NCBI GenBank assembly: GCA_965222115.1
Contig: CBDCTJ010000007.1
Location: 2,400,001 to 2,464,000, forward strand
Source of the DNA: Planctomycetota bacterium
Lineage (GTDB): Bacteria; Planctomycetota; PLA2; JAEUHO01
DNA length: 64,000 nt
Direction of reading: 5' to 3'
Position 1 is the stretch's first letter. Each line of letters opens with the position of its first letter. The notes under the pieces are model-generated. The model made no database searches. It was not told where the DNA came from and saw nothing but the letters and a program-made list of their open reading frames with translations. Positions 1-10,035 of the stretch are shown here, piece after piece. Made by a program: the position numbers and the translations under genes.

Positions 1-1425
1 GGCGGGCCGGTTGGGTTCTGGGACAGGCTCAGGGAGCACTTTACCCGGATTCAATATGCCCGTGGGATCCCATGCGTGCTTGATGGCGCGCATTATGCGA
101 ATTGCAGTTTCATTTCGACAAAGTGACAAATACCGGCTCTGGGCACAACCCACGCCGTGTTCTCCGGTAATGGTCCCGCCGAGCGATACCGCAAGCTTAA
201 AGATGGCCTCAATGGCCGGGCGCAAGCGTTTCTCGCGCATCGCGCGATCCGGCGTATCCGTCAAGACGTTCACATGAATGTTACCGTCGCCCGCATGGCC
301 ATACGAAATCTGTCGAATCTTGTACTTTGCGGCAATGCGACGCACGCCGCGGAGCAGTGCGGGCACTTGACTAGGCGGTACGGCGGTGTCGCACTCGATG
401 TAGGCCGCCTGATTCTTCACCGCCTCGCCCAAACACGTACGAACACGCCAAAGTTCACGCTCCTTTTGTGGCGTGTCGGGTATGAGTGCGTCGAGGGCAC
501 CGTGTTCCATCAACAACCCACCCACGCGCATGAGCGTTTGTTCAACCGAGTCCTCATCAAAGCCGTCGATCTCGAGTAATATCTGTGCTTCGGAATCGGA
601 GTAGGGAACCGAGCGGCCCAAGTGTTCTTCAGCGGCCAACAATGCAGCGCGTTCTACTAATTCGAGCGCCGCTGGCGTTACTCGCGATTTGTACACTTCG
701 ACAAGTGCTTTCGCAGCGGTGTCTAAGTCATCAAAAGCCGCAAGTAGTGAACGCCTGTGCGTGGGATGGGGAATCAAGCGCAGCGTGGCCTCGGTGACCA
801 CTGCCAATGTGCCTTCACTACCGACAAGCAACTGGGTCAGATTGTAGCCCGCCACATCTTTGCGCAATTTGCCACCGGTGCGTACGACGCTGCCCGAGGC
901 GGTGACGGCCTCAAGCGAAAGCACATAATCTTTCGTCAAGCCATACTTCACGCAGTGGGGGCCGCCGCTGTTCTCAGCAATGTTTCCGCCAATCATGCAC
1001 GAACCCGAACTCGCTGGATCCGGAGGGTAGTAGAGGCCGCGCTCCGCGACCTCTCGCTGCAGCTCGCCGGTAATCACGCCAGGTTGAACGCGACACATGA
1101 GATTGGCTTCGTCGATTTCCAGAATGCGGTTCATCCGCTGTACAGAGAGCACAATGCCGCCAAATACAGGCAGCGCGCCGCCAGAGAGCCCCGTGCCCGC
1201 ACCGCGTGGCGTAACGGGTAGTCCATACGTGTGTGCCAGCTTGAGAATGGCCGCGACTTCCTGCGTTGCTTCGGGGAAAACGACAACTTCAGGGCGATAC
1301 GCCAAGTCCTCGGTTTCGTCGCGACCGTGAATCGCAAGCGTGGCCTCGTCCACTATGCAGCGCTCACCGAGAAGTTCGCGGAGCGCGTGTAGGTGATCCT
1401 GGGTGACGGGTGGAAACGAACGCAT
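1..1425 (-). CDS. FAD-linked oxidase, GlcD/D-lactate dehydrogenase family (runs off the left edge just before its stop)
   Basis: Not in the ORF track because there is no stop in the window. Manual translation from ATG at 1425 gives MRSFPPVTQD..., PRGAGTGLSGGA, YYPPDPAS..CMIGGNIAENSGGPHCVKYG and C-terminal WDPTGILNPGKV, all family motifs. Confidence 0.9.
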   Translation of the reverse strand, partial: MRSFPPVTQDHLHALRELLGERCIVDEATLAIHGRDETEDLAYRPEVVVFPEATQEVAAILKLAHTYGLPVTPRGAGTGLSGGALPVFGGIVLSVQRMNRILEIDEANLMCRVQPGVITGELQREVAERGLYYPPDPASSGSCMIGGNIAENSGGPHCVKYGLTKDYVLSLEAVTASGSVVRTGGKLRKDVAGYNLTQLLVGSEGTLAVVTEATLRLIPHPTHRRSLLAAFDDLDTAAKALVEVYKSRVTPAALELVERAALLAAEEHLGRSVPYSDSEAQILLEIDGFDEDSVEQTLMRVGGLLMEHGALDALIPDTPQKERELWRVRTCLGEAVKNQAAYIECDTAVPPSQVPALLRGVRRIAAKYKIRQISYGHAGDGNIHVNVLTDTPDRAMREKRLRPAIEAIFKLAVSLGGTITGEHGVGCAQSRYLSLCRNETAIRIMRAIKHAWDPTGILNPGKVLPEPVPEPNRPA

Positions 1426-1504
1426 ACCACTATTCTCTAACCGCCCTCAAGCCAGTGCGGAGAAAAACGGCTGCCTCTGGCATCATTTCGTGCACGGAGG
1501 TGCT

Positions 1505-3757
1505 ATGGATCGACGCAGCGTGTCGCGAGTTCTTTGGACGACTGTGCTTCTGTGTGCGTGTACTTCGCCCAGACCGGCGCGAGCCAAAGATGAAGCGACC
1601 AAACCCGGTCCCTGCCCCTTAGAGCAAGCGCTCGCAAAGGCAGGCCTCACCGTGGATGACCTCGGCTACCGGCCTCCTGCTCATTTTGCGCGCTATCCCC
1701 ATCCGGAAACGACGCCGCATGTGATGCCGTTCTTTGAGGATCTCTTTGCCCGTCCTCTCGACACGTACGAGTTCACGCGCACATTGGGCAACGTTGTCGA
1801 AGATGAGCTGACGCCACAGGCACTTACGGCACAGCCCAAGAAGCCCGGTACCGGCGAAACGCTGTTTCGACTTGGTGTATCGCTTGCAACCGAACGTCGA
1901 ATCGGGGGCTTTCGCCGCTTCAAGGTAAACCTGCCTCCTAAGGCACCTAAAGAAGCGCCGCTTCAAAAGGCGCTGGCGAAGTGGGGTGTCGAGGACGTCG
2001 CTGAGGTGGCGGATCTTGTCCCCGGGAACATTCGGCGCGCACTGGCGCTCACCCTACTGGAACTTCACGACGCTAAGATATGGATCGATCGAGGATTGCG
2101 ACGCGTTACGCCCAAGCAAAGATCCGAACTGTATCGACTCATGCCCGACACAGCCGAACACACCCCGGACGGAACCCAATACGATTCCGTCGTCGATGAC
2201 ATTGCCGATGTAGTCGACGAACACTCGTTGTGGTACGGATGCTTGAAGGCCCTTCAGTCCAGTCAGAATACGCGTCGTCGTCTGGCGGCATTGAATCTTA
2301 CGAAGATGGAACTTGGGCTTCTGTATGTGACGATCCCAACACTCGCGGGTCCCATTGTGTTGAGCAATATTCCAACAAAGGGTGCACCGAAGCGGGCGCC
2401 ACTGCTTTGGATCCACTGGCAAGAACACCCGATGGCACCGCGCTCGCCGCTTGGTGCTACCGACGCCACGCGGAACCTGAGCGTTGCGGTGCTGATGCCG
2501 CCACTTGAGTCATCGAAAGATTCGTCCGAACCAGAATCGACGCCCCCCATGAAGGAAGAATCCACCACATCGCACGAGTCACGTCCCGTTGCACGAGGCG
2601 TATTGGGCTGTGGGATTGTCTACGCCGCGGGCGATGTTTCTCAACAATGGGCAAGTTCGTCGTGGGGCCTTGGCGCGGGGTTCTTTGGCTTGGGTGCGCT
2701 AATCGATGAGGGTGGAAACGACACGTACGAGATTCCCGGCCAGGGACAGGGTGCGGCGTTCTTTGGTGCCGGATTGCTGCTGGATGCCGCTGGAGATGAT
2801 TCCTACAACTTGCGCAAGGGGGATGGCCAGGGGTTTGGCGGACCCAATGGCATCGGCATACTTGCCGATCGTTCTGGCAACGATCGTTACTACAGCGAGC
2901 CCTTGGCATCCAAAGCCGGGCGTGCCGACTATCACTCAAAGAACAAGATTGCCGTTAGCAATGCACAAGGCGTTGGATCCGGGCGACGTGGCGACATAAG
3001 CGACGGGCATAACTGGGCCGGTGGCTTGGGCGCGCTGATTGATGTAGACGGAGACGACCACTACGTCGCTGGCAACTTCTCGCAAGGATTGGGATACTGG
3101 TATGGCACGGGATTGATGTGGGATGGCGGAGGTGACGACAAGTATCACAGTGTGTACTTCACACAGGGCTCCGGCGCACATTTCGCCATTGGCGCATTGA
3201 TCGACGAGGGCGGCAATGACGAACACATCTTGAGCGAAACCGGCGGCGCGGGACTTGCGTTTGGTTGGGACTTGGTGAACGCGATTCTGATTGACCGTGG
3301 CAATGGCAATGATCGTTATGAGGCCAAGAAGATTTCCATTGGCGTAGCCGAGGTGCGCAGCAACGCCATCTTTATCGATGAAGGCGGCGACGACGTCTAC
3401 GTCATGAACGCCAAAGGCAAGGGCTTTGGTGATGTGGACGATCGGGCTTCTTACAAGAAACCGCGCCGCGACTCGGTGCTTCACTTTCGCTTGCCTCAAG
3501 CAGCCCTGTTCATGGATTTGGGCGGCTCGGATACCTACCTTCGGCGACCCAAGCCCGCCAAAGACGCCAAACCCGATGATCCGGCAAAGGAAGACACGGC
3601 TGATAAACTTGCGGGCGATGGCCGCACGTGGCATCTGCGTGCGAAAGACGAGCACGCGTTAGGCGGATTTAACTGTTGCGTAGCAGTGGACGGTGAAATG
3701 AACGCAAACTGGCTAGGGTTTCTGCGCGCGTGGCCTAGGCGAGTGGGGGTCAAATGA
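1505..3757 (+). CDS. Secreted protein with about nine Gly/Asp-rich repeats (GxGxLxDxxG(N/D)DxY), probable Ca-binding beta-solenoid; function unknown
   Basis: GGAGG before ATG 1505; N-terminal signal-like segment; repeats such as GLGALIDEGGNDTY, GAGLLLDAAGDDSY, GIGILADRSGNDRY, GLGALIDVDGDDHY. Confidence 0.75.
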   Translation: MDRRSVSRVLWTTVLLCACTSPRPARAKDEATKPGPCPLEQALAKAGLTVDDLGYRPPAHFARYPHPETTPHVMPFFEDLFARPLDTYEFTRTLGNVVEDELTPQALTAQPKKPGTGETLFRLGVSLATERRIGGFRRFKVNLPPKAPKEAPLQKALAKWGVEDVAEVADLVPGNIRRALALTLLELHDAKIWIDRGLRRVTPKQRSELYRLMPDTAEHTPDGTQYDSVVDDIADVVDEHSLWYGCLKALQSSQNTRRRLAALNLTKMELGLLYVTIPTLAGPIVLSNIPTKGAPKRAPLLWIHWQEHPMAPRSPLGATDATRNLSVAVLMPPLESSKDSSEPESTPPMKEESTTSHESRPVARGVLGCGIVYAAGDVSQQWASSSWGLGAGFFGLGALIDEGGNDTYEIPGQGQGAAFFGAGLLLDAAGDDSYNLRKGDGQGFGGPNGIGILADRSGNDRYYSEPLASKAGRADYHSKNKIAVSNAQGVGSGRRGDISDGHNWAGGLGALIDVDGDDHYVAGNFSQGLGYWYGTGLMWDGGGDDKYHSVYFTQGSGAHFAIGALIDEGGNDEHILSETGGAGLAFGWDLVNAILIDRGNGNDRYEAKKISIGVAEVRSNAIFIDEGGDDVYVMNAKGKGFGDVDDRASYKKPRRDSVLHFRLPQAALFMDLGGSDTYLRRPKPAKDAKPDDPAKEDTADKLAGDGRTWHLRAKDEHALGGFNCCVAVDGEMNANWLGFLRAWPRRVGVK

Positions 3758-3880
3758 CGTTCCCATGCCTACTTACCTATAGTCCCAAGCACGTTTCACG
3801 CAGACCGCCAACCGATTGGACTCACGCGATTCCATAGTGTAGGACATGAAGCACCCCACCTCGATCCGGAGCGTTCGACC

Positions 3881-4327
3881 ATGAAGATGACACTCGAGAC
3901 TTTCATCAAAGGCACACCCGAAGCGGTCTTTCGTGCCGGCACCGACTTCGCCAATATGGCCGATCACATCGACGGCATCACGAAGGTCGAAATGCTCACC
4001 CAAGGCGACGTCGGCGTGGGCACCAAGTTCAAAGAGACACGCAAAATGATGGGTAAAGAAGCCACCGAGGAGATGGAAGTTACCGCCTTCGACCCCCCGC
4101 GCTCGTACACGCTGGAGGCCGATAGCTGCGGCGCACGATTCACTAGCACATTTGTCTTGACGCCCAAGGATGACGGGACCCATGTGGCGCTCAATATCAG
4201 TTCAAAGGCACAGTCGTGCATGGCGATCGCGTTCGCGCCCCTAGGCTTCCTGATGAAGGGCACAATGAAGAAGATGATTCAGAAGGATTTGGATAACTTG
4301 AAGAGGAACGTTGAAGGTGGGGTGTAG
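3881..4327 (+). CDS. SRPBCC/polyketide cyclase-like (START superfamily) protein
   Basis: 148 aa; PEAVF...GVGTKFKETR...VTAFDPP...C-terminal helix KDLDNLK pattern. Confidence 0.8.
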   Translation: MKMTLETFIKGTPEAVFRAGTDFANMADHIDGITKVEMLTQGDVGVGTKFKETRKMMGKEATEEMEVTAFDPPRSYTLEADSCGARFTSTFVLTPKDDGTHVALNISSKAQSCMAIAFAPLGFLMKGTMKKMIQKDLDNLKRNVEGGV

Positions 4328-4415
4328 GGTTAGGAGAAAGAGGAAGATTCAGATTCAGTGAAGGGGTTGGCGTCTCAAACGTGCACGCGCTTTGAGACGT
4401 TACCTCTTCGGATAC

Positions 4416-5120
4416 CTATTCGGACGACGGACAAAGATCCGACAGCGGACACTCTCCACACTTCGGCCTTCTCGCAATGCAAATCGCGCGGCCGTGATGA
4501 ATCAACATATGGCTCAACTCAATCCACGTGTCTTGCGGATGCAGCTTCATCAGATCAAGTTCAATATGAACGGGTGAGTCTTTCTTGGTCCAACCAAGTA
4601 GCGTGCTGATGCGCTTTACGTGGGTATCGACAACCACGCCGTCGGCTAGCTCCCAGATCACGCCGCGGACCACGTTGGCGGTCTTTCGCGCAACGCCCGG
4701 AAGGGTGAGGAGATCGTTCATGGCTTGGGGGATCTCGCCGCCGTAGTGTTCGGAGACGCGAGTGGCCATGCCAACAAGGCTCTTGGCTTTGTTGCGAAAG
4801 AAGCCGGTGCTGCGAATGACGTCTTCTACCTCAATGAGATCGGCGCGGGCGAGCGCGGTCGGTGTGGGCCAGCGGTGAAAGAGTTGCGGCGTAACCATGT
4901 TCACGCGTTCGTCGGTACATTGAGCACTCAAGATGGTGGCGGCTGTCAATTCGAATGCGTTGCGGTGGTGGAGGGCGCACTCGACATCGGGGTAGGTCTG
5001 TTTGAGTTGGGCGACGACTTTAGCGGCCTTTGCTTTAGAGGCGGCGGTGACACGACGTCCCCGATAGGCGCCCTTTGACTTCTTCGCCTTGCGCTTCTTT
5101 CGTGATGTGCGCTTCTTCAC
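4416..5120 (-). CDS. nth: Endonuclease III
   Basis: ATILSAQCTDERVN, HhH motif LPGVARKTANVV, VVDTHVKR, 4Fe-4S motif CIARRPKCGECPLSDLC. GTG start at 5120 overlaps the upstream TGA. Confidence 0.95.
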   Translation of the reverse strand: MKKRTSRKKRKAKKSKGAYRGRRVTAASKAKAAKVVAQLKQTYPDVECALHHRNAFELTAATILSAQCTDERVNMVTPQLFHRWPTPTALARADLIEVEDVIRSTGFFRNKAKSLVGMATRVSEHYGGEIPQAMNDLLTLPGVARKTANVVRGVIWELADGVVVDTHVKRISTLLGWTKKDSPVHIELDLMKLHPQDTWIELSHMLIHHGRAICIARRPKCGECPLSDLCPSSE

Positions 5121-6523
5121 GAGCCGGGTCCTCGTGGCGTGGTGAGCCACTTGGTGAATGTTGCGGCATTCCACGTGGAGATGACCGAACGTCGTTCCCA
5201 ACCACCGCGCCGTGCCTGTCCCACCGATAGCAACACGTCGTCAAGTGTGCTCGCGTCGTAAGCCTGGGTCATGGGGAGCATTTTGACGCCGAGCTCTTTG
5301 GCAAGGCGATGCCACCATTCTCCGGGCACGAAGCGACCTGGATCACTCATGAGGCCGATTGCGACGTCGCCCCTGGCGCAGTAAGCAAGGACGGATTCCC
5401 AATCGTTCCAAGACTCAAGTTGCGCGCGCAAGGGAATTGCCAGTACGCGGACACGATGATGGGAACACGCCTTGACAAATAGACTGGTGAGCGATGATTC
5501 TTCGTGAGGTTCAAGCGATTCAAGTTCCGCCATGCCGGGCAAAGATTTCGTTTCGAACGACACGTCGCCACTCTTGTCGATTGCGACTAGCTCCAGACGA
5601 ACTGTGGTAAACGACTCTTCGCCCTCGGTGACAGGTTCTACGTGATCCATGGGATTAGGTTCGGGGCCGTCGTGCTCATTGTAGCGATCGGCGAACATTG
5701 CCCATGCGTAGCCCTCGGACCGAATCTGTGGCACGAGGAACGAGTCTTCGAATGCACCATTGCCACGCGTGGTCTGAACATTAGCAAAGCCCTGAATATC
5801 GCGCATGGTTACAAGGTCGTCCGGATTCGTGCAAAGCATTGGCCACTCGCGACACTCCGGCGGAACAATGGGCAGGTCCATGGCAGCGAGCATGGACTCT
5901 TCGCTCCCGATCCCCTTGGCCTCAACCGTATGCTCCCCGACAACGGACTCAATGAACGTGTTCGGTCCCGTTGTTACAACGAGTGTGCGGAAAAATGCCT
6001 CCGGATCCTCGTCAAGCACAGTCAGCGCTACTGGAAGACCAATGTGCGACACGGCACGAGAGACGCCATCGCGGGGGTGTTCGACTGAGTGCCACATGGG
6101 GAGTTGGTCGAATGCTTGCTGGACCGCCTTCACGTCATGGCCTGTGGCGAGCAGTTCGAGCACGGCAACGCGCGGAGCCATGCAACGAACTGCGCCGGTA
6201 ATTGCAAGACGCAACACGCTCAGCTCCGTCTGCAGGCCCGAGAATATGTCTGACGCGACGGAGCGCGCATTGCGAAGTGCAAAGGTCGTGCGTCCCCAAG
6301 CCTGCTCGGCGAGCGCCTGTTGCAATCGAATCTGGAGATTGACAGGATCGAGGCTGTCGTCCTCAAGGTTCATCCGTCGGAACTGATGCTGGTGACAGGC
6401 GCGTTCGACGTCCTCGACGCTGTCGATAGCAAGCCGCGAGGCGATCTTGCGCCATAGGGCGGCGGAAACCTCGCATGCCTCGGCAATGAGCAAACAGTCG
6501 TCGGTGGTGTCGGCGGGGGGCAC
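5117..6523 (-). CDS. Degenerate DNA polymerase X / PHP-domain protein (catalytic residues apparently lost)
   Basis: ITGAVRCMAPRVAVLELL corresponds to AGSxRRxxxxxxDxDIL; TTG..F; LPIVPPECRE corresponds to LPxIPPELRE; LVTMRDIQGFANVQTTRGNG corresponds to DIxGDLHxHTxxSDG; C-terminal GQARRGG..VISTW. Confidence 0.7.
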   Translation of the reverse strand: MPPADTTDDCLLIAEACEVSAALWRKIASRLAIDSVEDVERACHQHQFRRMNLEDDSLDPVNLQIRLQQALAEQAWGRTTFALRNARSVASDIFSGLQTELSVLRLAITGAVRCMAPRVAVLELLATGHDVKAVQQAFDQLPMWHSVEHPRDGVSRAVSHIGLPVALTVLDEDPEAFFRTLVVTTGPNTFIESVVGEHTVEAKGIGSEESMLAAMDLPIVPPECREWPMLCTNPDDLVTMRDIQGFANVQTTRGNGAFEDSFLVPQIRSEGYAWAMFADRYNEHDGPEPNPMDHVEPVTEGEESFTTVRLELVAIDKSGDVSFETKSLPGMAELESLEPHEESSLTSLFVKACSHHRVRVLAIPLRAQLESWNDWESVLAYCARGDVAIGLMSDPGRFVPGEWWHRLAKELGVKMLPMTQAYDASTLDDVLLSVGQARRGGWERRSVISTWNAATFTKWLTTPRGPGS

Positions 6524-6593
6524 GCCGAAATCCTACCGCTGGATTCGGTCGGGATCTGCGGCGATTCGCATCGGGTCTAACTAGAATGCCGGT

Positions 6594-7325
6594 ATGCGTC
6601 TTCGAACCGACATCGTAATTGCAGCGGTCATCGTCCTCTTGTGTGCGTGGGCAGTTGCCAAGCAGTTTGGCTATGACCCCTTTAGCGATGGCCGGCCAGA
6701 TCCCATAGAAGTAGGAGCCACGCTCGACATGACCCAAATGCTCATGGACGTGGCCGATAAGCCGCAACCCGTGGCGCTGAACGAACTTGCCGGGAAGAAG
6801 GCCACCGTGTTTTATAGTTGGAGCACGTTCTGTCCCTGCGTAGCTGCATTGGAGCCCCGTATTCATGGGCTCTACGCCAAGTTCAATGAGCAGAAGAACG
6901 GCGTATCGTGGATCGCCATTGCCGGTGAACCGAAGGACACCCGCGAGAGCGTCCGAAAGCTCATGGGCGAGATACGGTCCTGCCAATACATGCTGCTCGA
7001 CCCCCGGCAGGATGTGTGCGCTCAACTTGGTTTCAAGGAAGCCGTGCAAGTTGTCGTCGTTGACGCATCGGGCAAGCTGCTCTATCGCGGCGCGTTGGAT
7101 GACGACTACGAGAAACCCACGCGGCACTATCTCGACGAGATCTTGACGGCCATCGTGGCCGACAAACCCCTGCCCTATACGAGCACCGAGCGGGTCTACG
7201 GATGCGCCTTCGACGATCCCGCATCGTGCGAACTCTATGAGGAAGGCATCGTGCCCGCGGATGCGAAGCCCACGAAGCAGTCTGCTCCGACGAACAACGA
7301 CTCCTCGACGAAGAAGCCTTCATAG
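6594..7325 (+). CDS. Membrane-anchored redoxin (thioredoxin/peroxiredoxin-like) protein
   Basis: N-terminal TM helix, WSTFCPCV, LLYRGALDD and YGC motifs. Confidence 0.8.
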   Translation: MRLRTDIVIAAVIVLLCAWAVAKQFGYDPFSDGRPDPIEVGATLDMTQMLMDVADKPQPVALNELAGKKATVFYSWSTFCPCVAALEPRIHGLYAKFNEQKNGVSWIAIAGEPKDTRESVRKLMGEIRSCQYMLLDPRQDVCAQLGFKEAVQVVVVDASGKLLYRGALDDDYEKPTRHYLDEILTAIVADKPLPYTSTERVYGCAFDDPASCELYEEGIVPADAKPTKQSAPTNNDSSTKKPS

Positions 7326-7595
7326 AACGGCCAATCCTCGCGGGCAGGCGAATCCGCCGACATCTACGAATCGGCGCCAATTTCGCACAGAATTCCTTGT
7401 TTCACCACACGAGCGATCGTCCGTTGCACCGTGCCACTTCGTTATGGCCGCGCTAGCAACTCGCTGATTCCGGGCCGACAGAAACGCCCGCGACGCATGC
7501 GACCTGCGCACTAGAGCCAGACCGTCCCCGCTGGTACGTTACGCCTTCCAGAGGTTGGTGGCGCCGAGTGTCGGCGCGGGTCGCGGAGTAGTCGA

Positions 7596-9050
7596 TTGGT
7601 TAAGATTCCTGTTGGAATCCCTGTAGTCATTGCCGCCGTAGGGACGGATCCGCGTTTCGCCAAACTGGTGACGCGCTATCTGCTCTCCGCCGCATTTTGG
7701 CTGTTGCTGGGGAGCGCGCTCGGGCTGTTGGCCGCATTCAAACTCGTTCATCCCGATCTCCTCGGGGATGTCGCATGGTTAAACTTCGGGCGCATTCGTC
7801 CGGCGCACGTCATGACGGTGCTCTTTGGATGGGCCTCGCTGGCGCTTGTCGGTCTTTCGTTTTACGTCATCGTTAAGTGTGCGTGGCTGCCAACCCACAA
7901 GCCGCTAGGCAGCGTCGAGCGTATGATGGCCAATGCGGCGCTCGTCCTTTGGAACCTTGGAGTGGCCATTGGCATGGTTGTCATGTTGGGCGGCGACCTG
8001 AATGCTGGGCGTGAATATCGCGTCTATCCCATCTACGCCATGGCGCCCATCTTCATTGGCGCTGCCCTGATTGGCATCATCTTCTATCGATGCCTTGCGC
8101 GACGCGCCGTCAAGACAATCTACATCTCGGCGTGGTTCATTTTGGCGTCGTGTTTCTGGGTGGCGGTCACGGTGTTCATGGGGTACCAGCCGTGGTGGCG
8201 CACCGGCATTGCCGATCGCATCGTGGATGGCTTCTATATTCACAATGCTGTGGGCATGTGGTTTACGCCCTTGGCCGTTGGCCTCACGTACTACGCCCTG
8301 CCCAAGCTCCTCAACAAGCCGATTTACTCGTACGCACTCGGTGTGCTCGGCTTCTTTACACACATTCTCTTCTATACCGTGATCGGCACCCACCACTACG
8401 TCCACTCGCCCGTGCCCGTGTGGATGCAGTCGATGGCCGTCATCTTTAGCGTGGCCATGATCGTTCCCGTGTGGGCAAGCACCGGCAACTTCCTGCTCAC
8501 CATGAAGGGCGAGCGTGTTGCCATCAGCCATAGCTACTCGCTCCCGTTCTTTGTGATTGGCGTGATTGGCTATGCCTTGGCGTCGCTTCAAGGGACGGCC
8601 GAGTCGCTACCGGAAGTTCAGGAGACGCTGCACCTCACACACTACACGGTGGGGCACGCCCACTTCGCGCTCTACGCCTTTGTGAGCTTCTTGGTGTGGG
8701 GTTGCATTTACGGACTGGTTCCGCGCATGACCGGGCGCGAGCCGCCCGTGTTGCTCGTGGGCGTCCACTTCTGGCTGGCACTGGCGGGCATCATCATCTA
8801 TGTCGTCGGTCTGTGCTGGGGCGGCCATAAACAAGGCGGTTCGTGGGTTGAAGGCGAGCCCTTTATCGAATCCGTTCGATCCGTTGCACCGCACATGGTT
8901 TGGCGCGCCGTTGGAGGCGTTTTGATGACTGCCTCACACGTGGTGTTCGTGGCCTGCCTTTGGCGCATGCGGCCGGGCGCACTCACCATGGCGTTTGGTG
9001 CCGAAGGCGGTGAGTCAACGATGGCGGGTCCCAGCGGAGCAGCATCGTGA
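7596..9050 (+). CDS. ccoN: cbb3-type (C-family) heme-copper oxidase subunit I
   Basis: Many TM helices; FGRIRPAH, REY, HNAVG, GTHH and GHAH supply all six metal-ligand His. Start codon uncertain. Confidence 0.88.
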   Translation: MVKIPVGIPVVIAAVGTDPRFAKLVTRYLLSAAFWLLLGSALGLLAAFKLVHPDLLGDVAWLNFGRIRPAHVMTVLFGWASLALVGLSFYVIVKCAWLPTHKPLGSVERMMANAALVLWNLGVAIGMVVMLGGDLNAGREYRVYPIYAMAPIFIGAALIGIIFYRCLARRAVKTIYISAWFILASCFWVAVTVFMGYQPWWRTGIADRIVDGFYIHNAVGMWFTPLAVGLTYYALPKLLNKPIYSYALGVLGFFTHILFYTVIGTHHYVHSPVPVWMQSMAVIFSVAMIVPVWASTGNFLLTMKGERVAISHSYSLPFFVIGVIGYALASLQGTAESLPEVQETLHLTHYTVGHAHFALYAFVSFLVWGCIYGLVPRMTGREPPVLLVGVHFWLALAGIIIYVVGLCWGGHKQGGSWVEGEPFIESVRSVAPHMVWRAVGGVLMTASHVVFVACLWRMRPGALTMAFGAEGGESTMAGPSGAAS

Positions 9051-9754
9051 TTTTCGATATGCATAAGAGCCATCGCTTCGTGTTCTGGGCTCCAGCGCTG
9101 CTCTATTCGGTGTTGGTCTTGGTGGTGGCGGTGATTCCCGCGATCAGCGCGAAGGACCTGGAGTCAAAGCAACCCAAGCCCGAGACGTCTGAACTCGTGG
9201 CGAAGGGGCGCGAGCTGTATCTCAGCTACAACTGCGTGTGCTGTCATTCTCAGCAGATTCGCGGCGACTGGCATAAGCGCTACAAGACCGGTGGAGGCTG
9301 GGTTACGCCGGTTCTCACCGCCGATGCCATTTATTCGCGGCAGCGTGCTTCCGATGCGAAAGATTATCTGCACCAAGATCCGCCGCTGCTTGGTACGCAG
9401 CGAACCGGTCCCGATTTGACGAATGTGGGCGACCGATTGCCCGGGGCACAGTGGCACTACTGGCATCTCTATGATCCACGTTCGGTATCGCCCGATTCCA
9501 TCATGCCGCCCTATCGCTTCTTGTTCACCACCGAAGAACCCCCCGCGTCGGAGGTTGGAAACTACGACCGCGTAGACGTGATCGACGGCTTGGGCGTGAA
9601 AGGTGGCAAATTATGGGCCAAGCCGGAGGCAAAGGCGCTCGTGGAATACCTCTTGGATCTGCGCAACAAGGATCCGAGTGAAGAAACGTTGGGGACCGAC
9701 GACGGCACCGCACCCAATAAGGGCGACGCGCCCAATAGCAATGGAGGGAAGTAA
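9047..9754 (+). CDS. ccoO: cbb3-type oxidase subunit II (monoheme cytochrome c)
   Basis: CVCCHSQQIR, LLGTQRTGPDL, HLYDPRSVSPDSIMPPY; overlaps the ccoN stop. Confidence 0.9.
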   Translation: MIFDMHKSHRFVFWAPALLYSVLVLVVAVIPAISAKDLESKQPKPETSELVAKGRELYLSYNCVCCHSQQIRGDWHKRYKTGGGWVTPVLTADAIYSRQRASDAKDYLHQDPPLLGTQRTGPDLTNVGDRLPGAQWHYWHLYDPRSVSPDSIMPPYRFLFTTEEPPASEVGNYDRVDVIDGLGVKGGKLWAKPEAKALVEYLLDLRNKDPSEETLGTDDGTAPNKGDAPNSNGGK

Positions 9755-10035
9755 TGTTGCTGGCCGTGCAACACGCATTCGCCGGTAGCCCTTTCGCTGG
9801 CGGTCATGTTCATCCGTCCTGGGAGTCCTTTGGCGCCTTGGAATGGACGGTGATTGGGTTAGCAGGCCTCATCACGGCGTGGTCCATCTGGAAGTGTGTG
9901 AGCTACACGATCCGACCCGGCGAAGACGATCCCGCACACATCAAACACGGCATTTTGAATGACAGCGTTGCCATTGATGCAACACTCAGGCAAGTAGAAG
10001 TTACACGTACGAGTGACACGAGGTGCGCACCATGA
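9754..10035 (+). CDS. Small single-TM protein in the oxidase cluster
   Basis: Overlaps both neighbours (TAATG, ATGA); one hydrophobic helix followed by PGEDDPAHIK. Confidence 0.65.
   Translation: MLLAVQHAFAGSPFAGGHVHPSWESFGALEWTVIGLAGLITAWSIWKCVSYTIRPGEDDPAHIKHGILNDSVAIDATLRQVEVTRTSDTRCAP

Noticed and set aside
157-1221. Plus-strand ORFs 157-579 and 757-1221
   Set aside because: Antisense shadows of the GlcD-like gene, which has clear family motifs on the minus strand.
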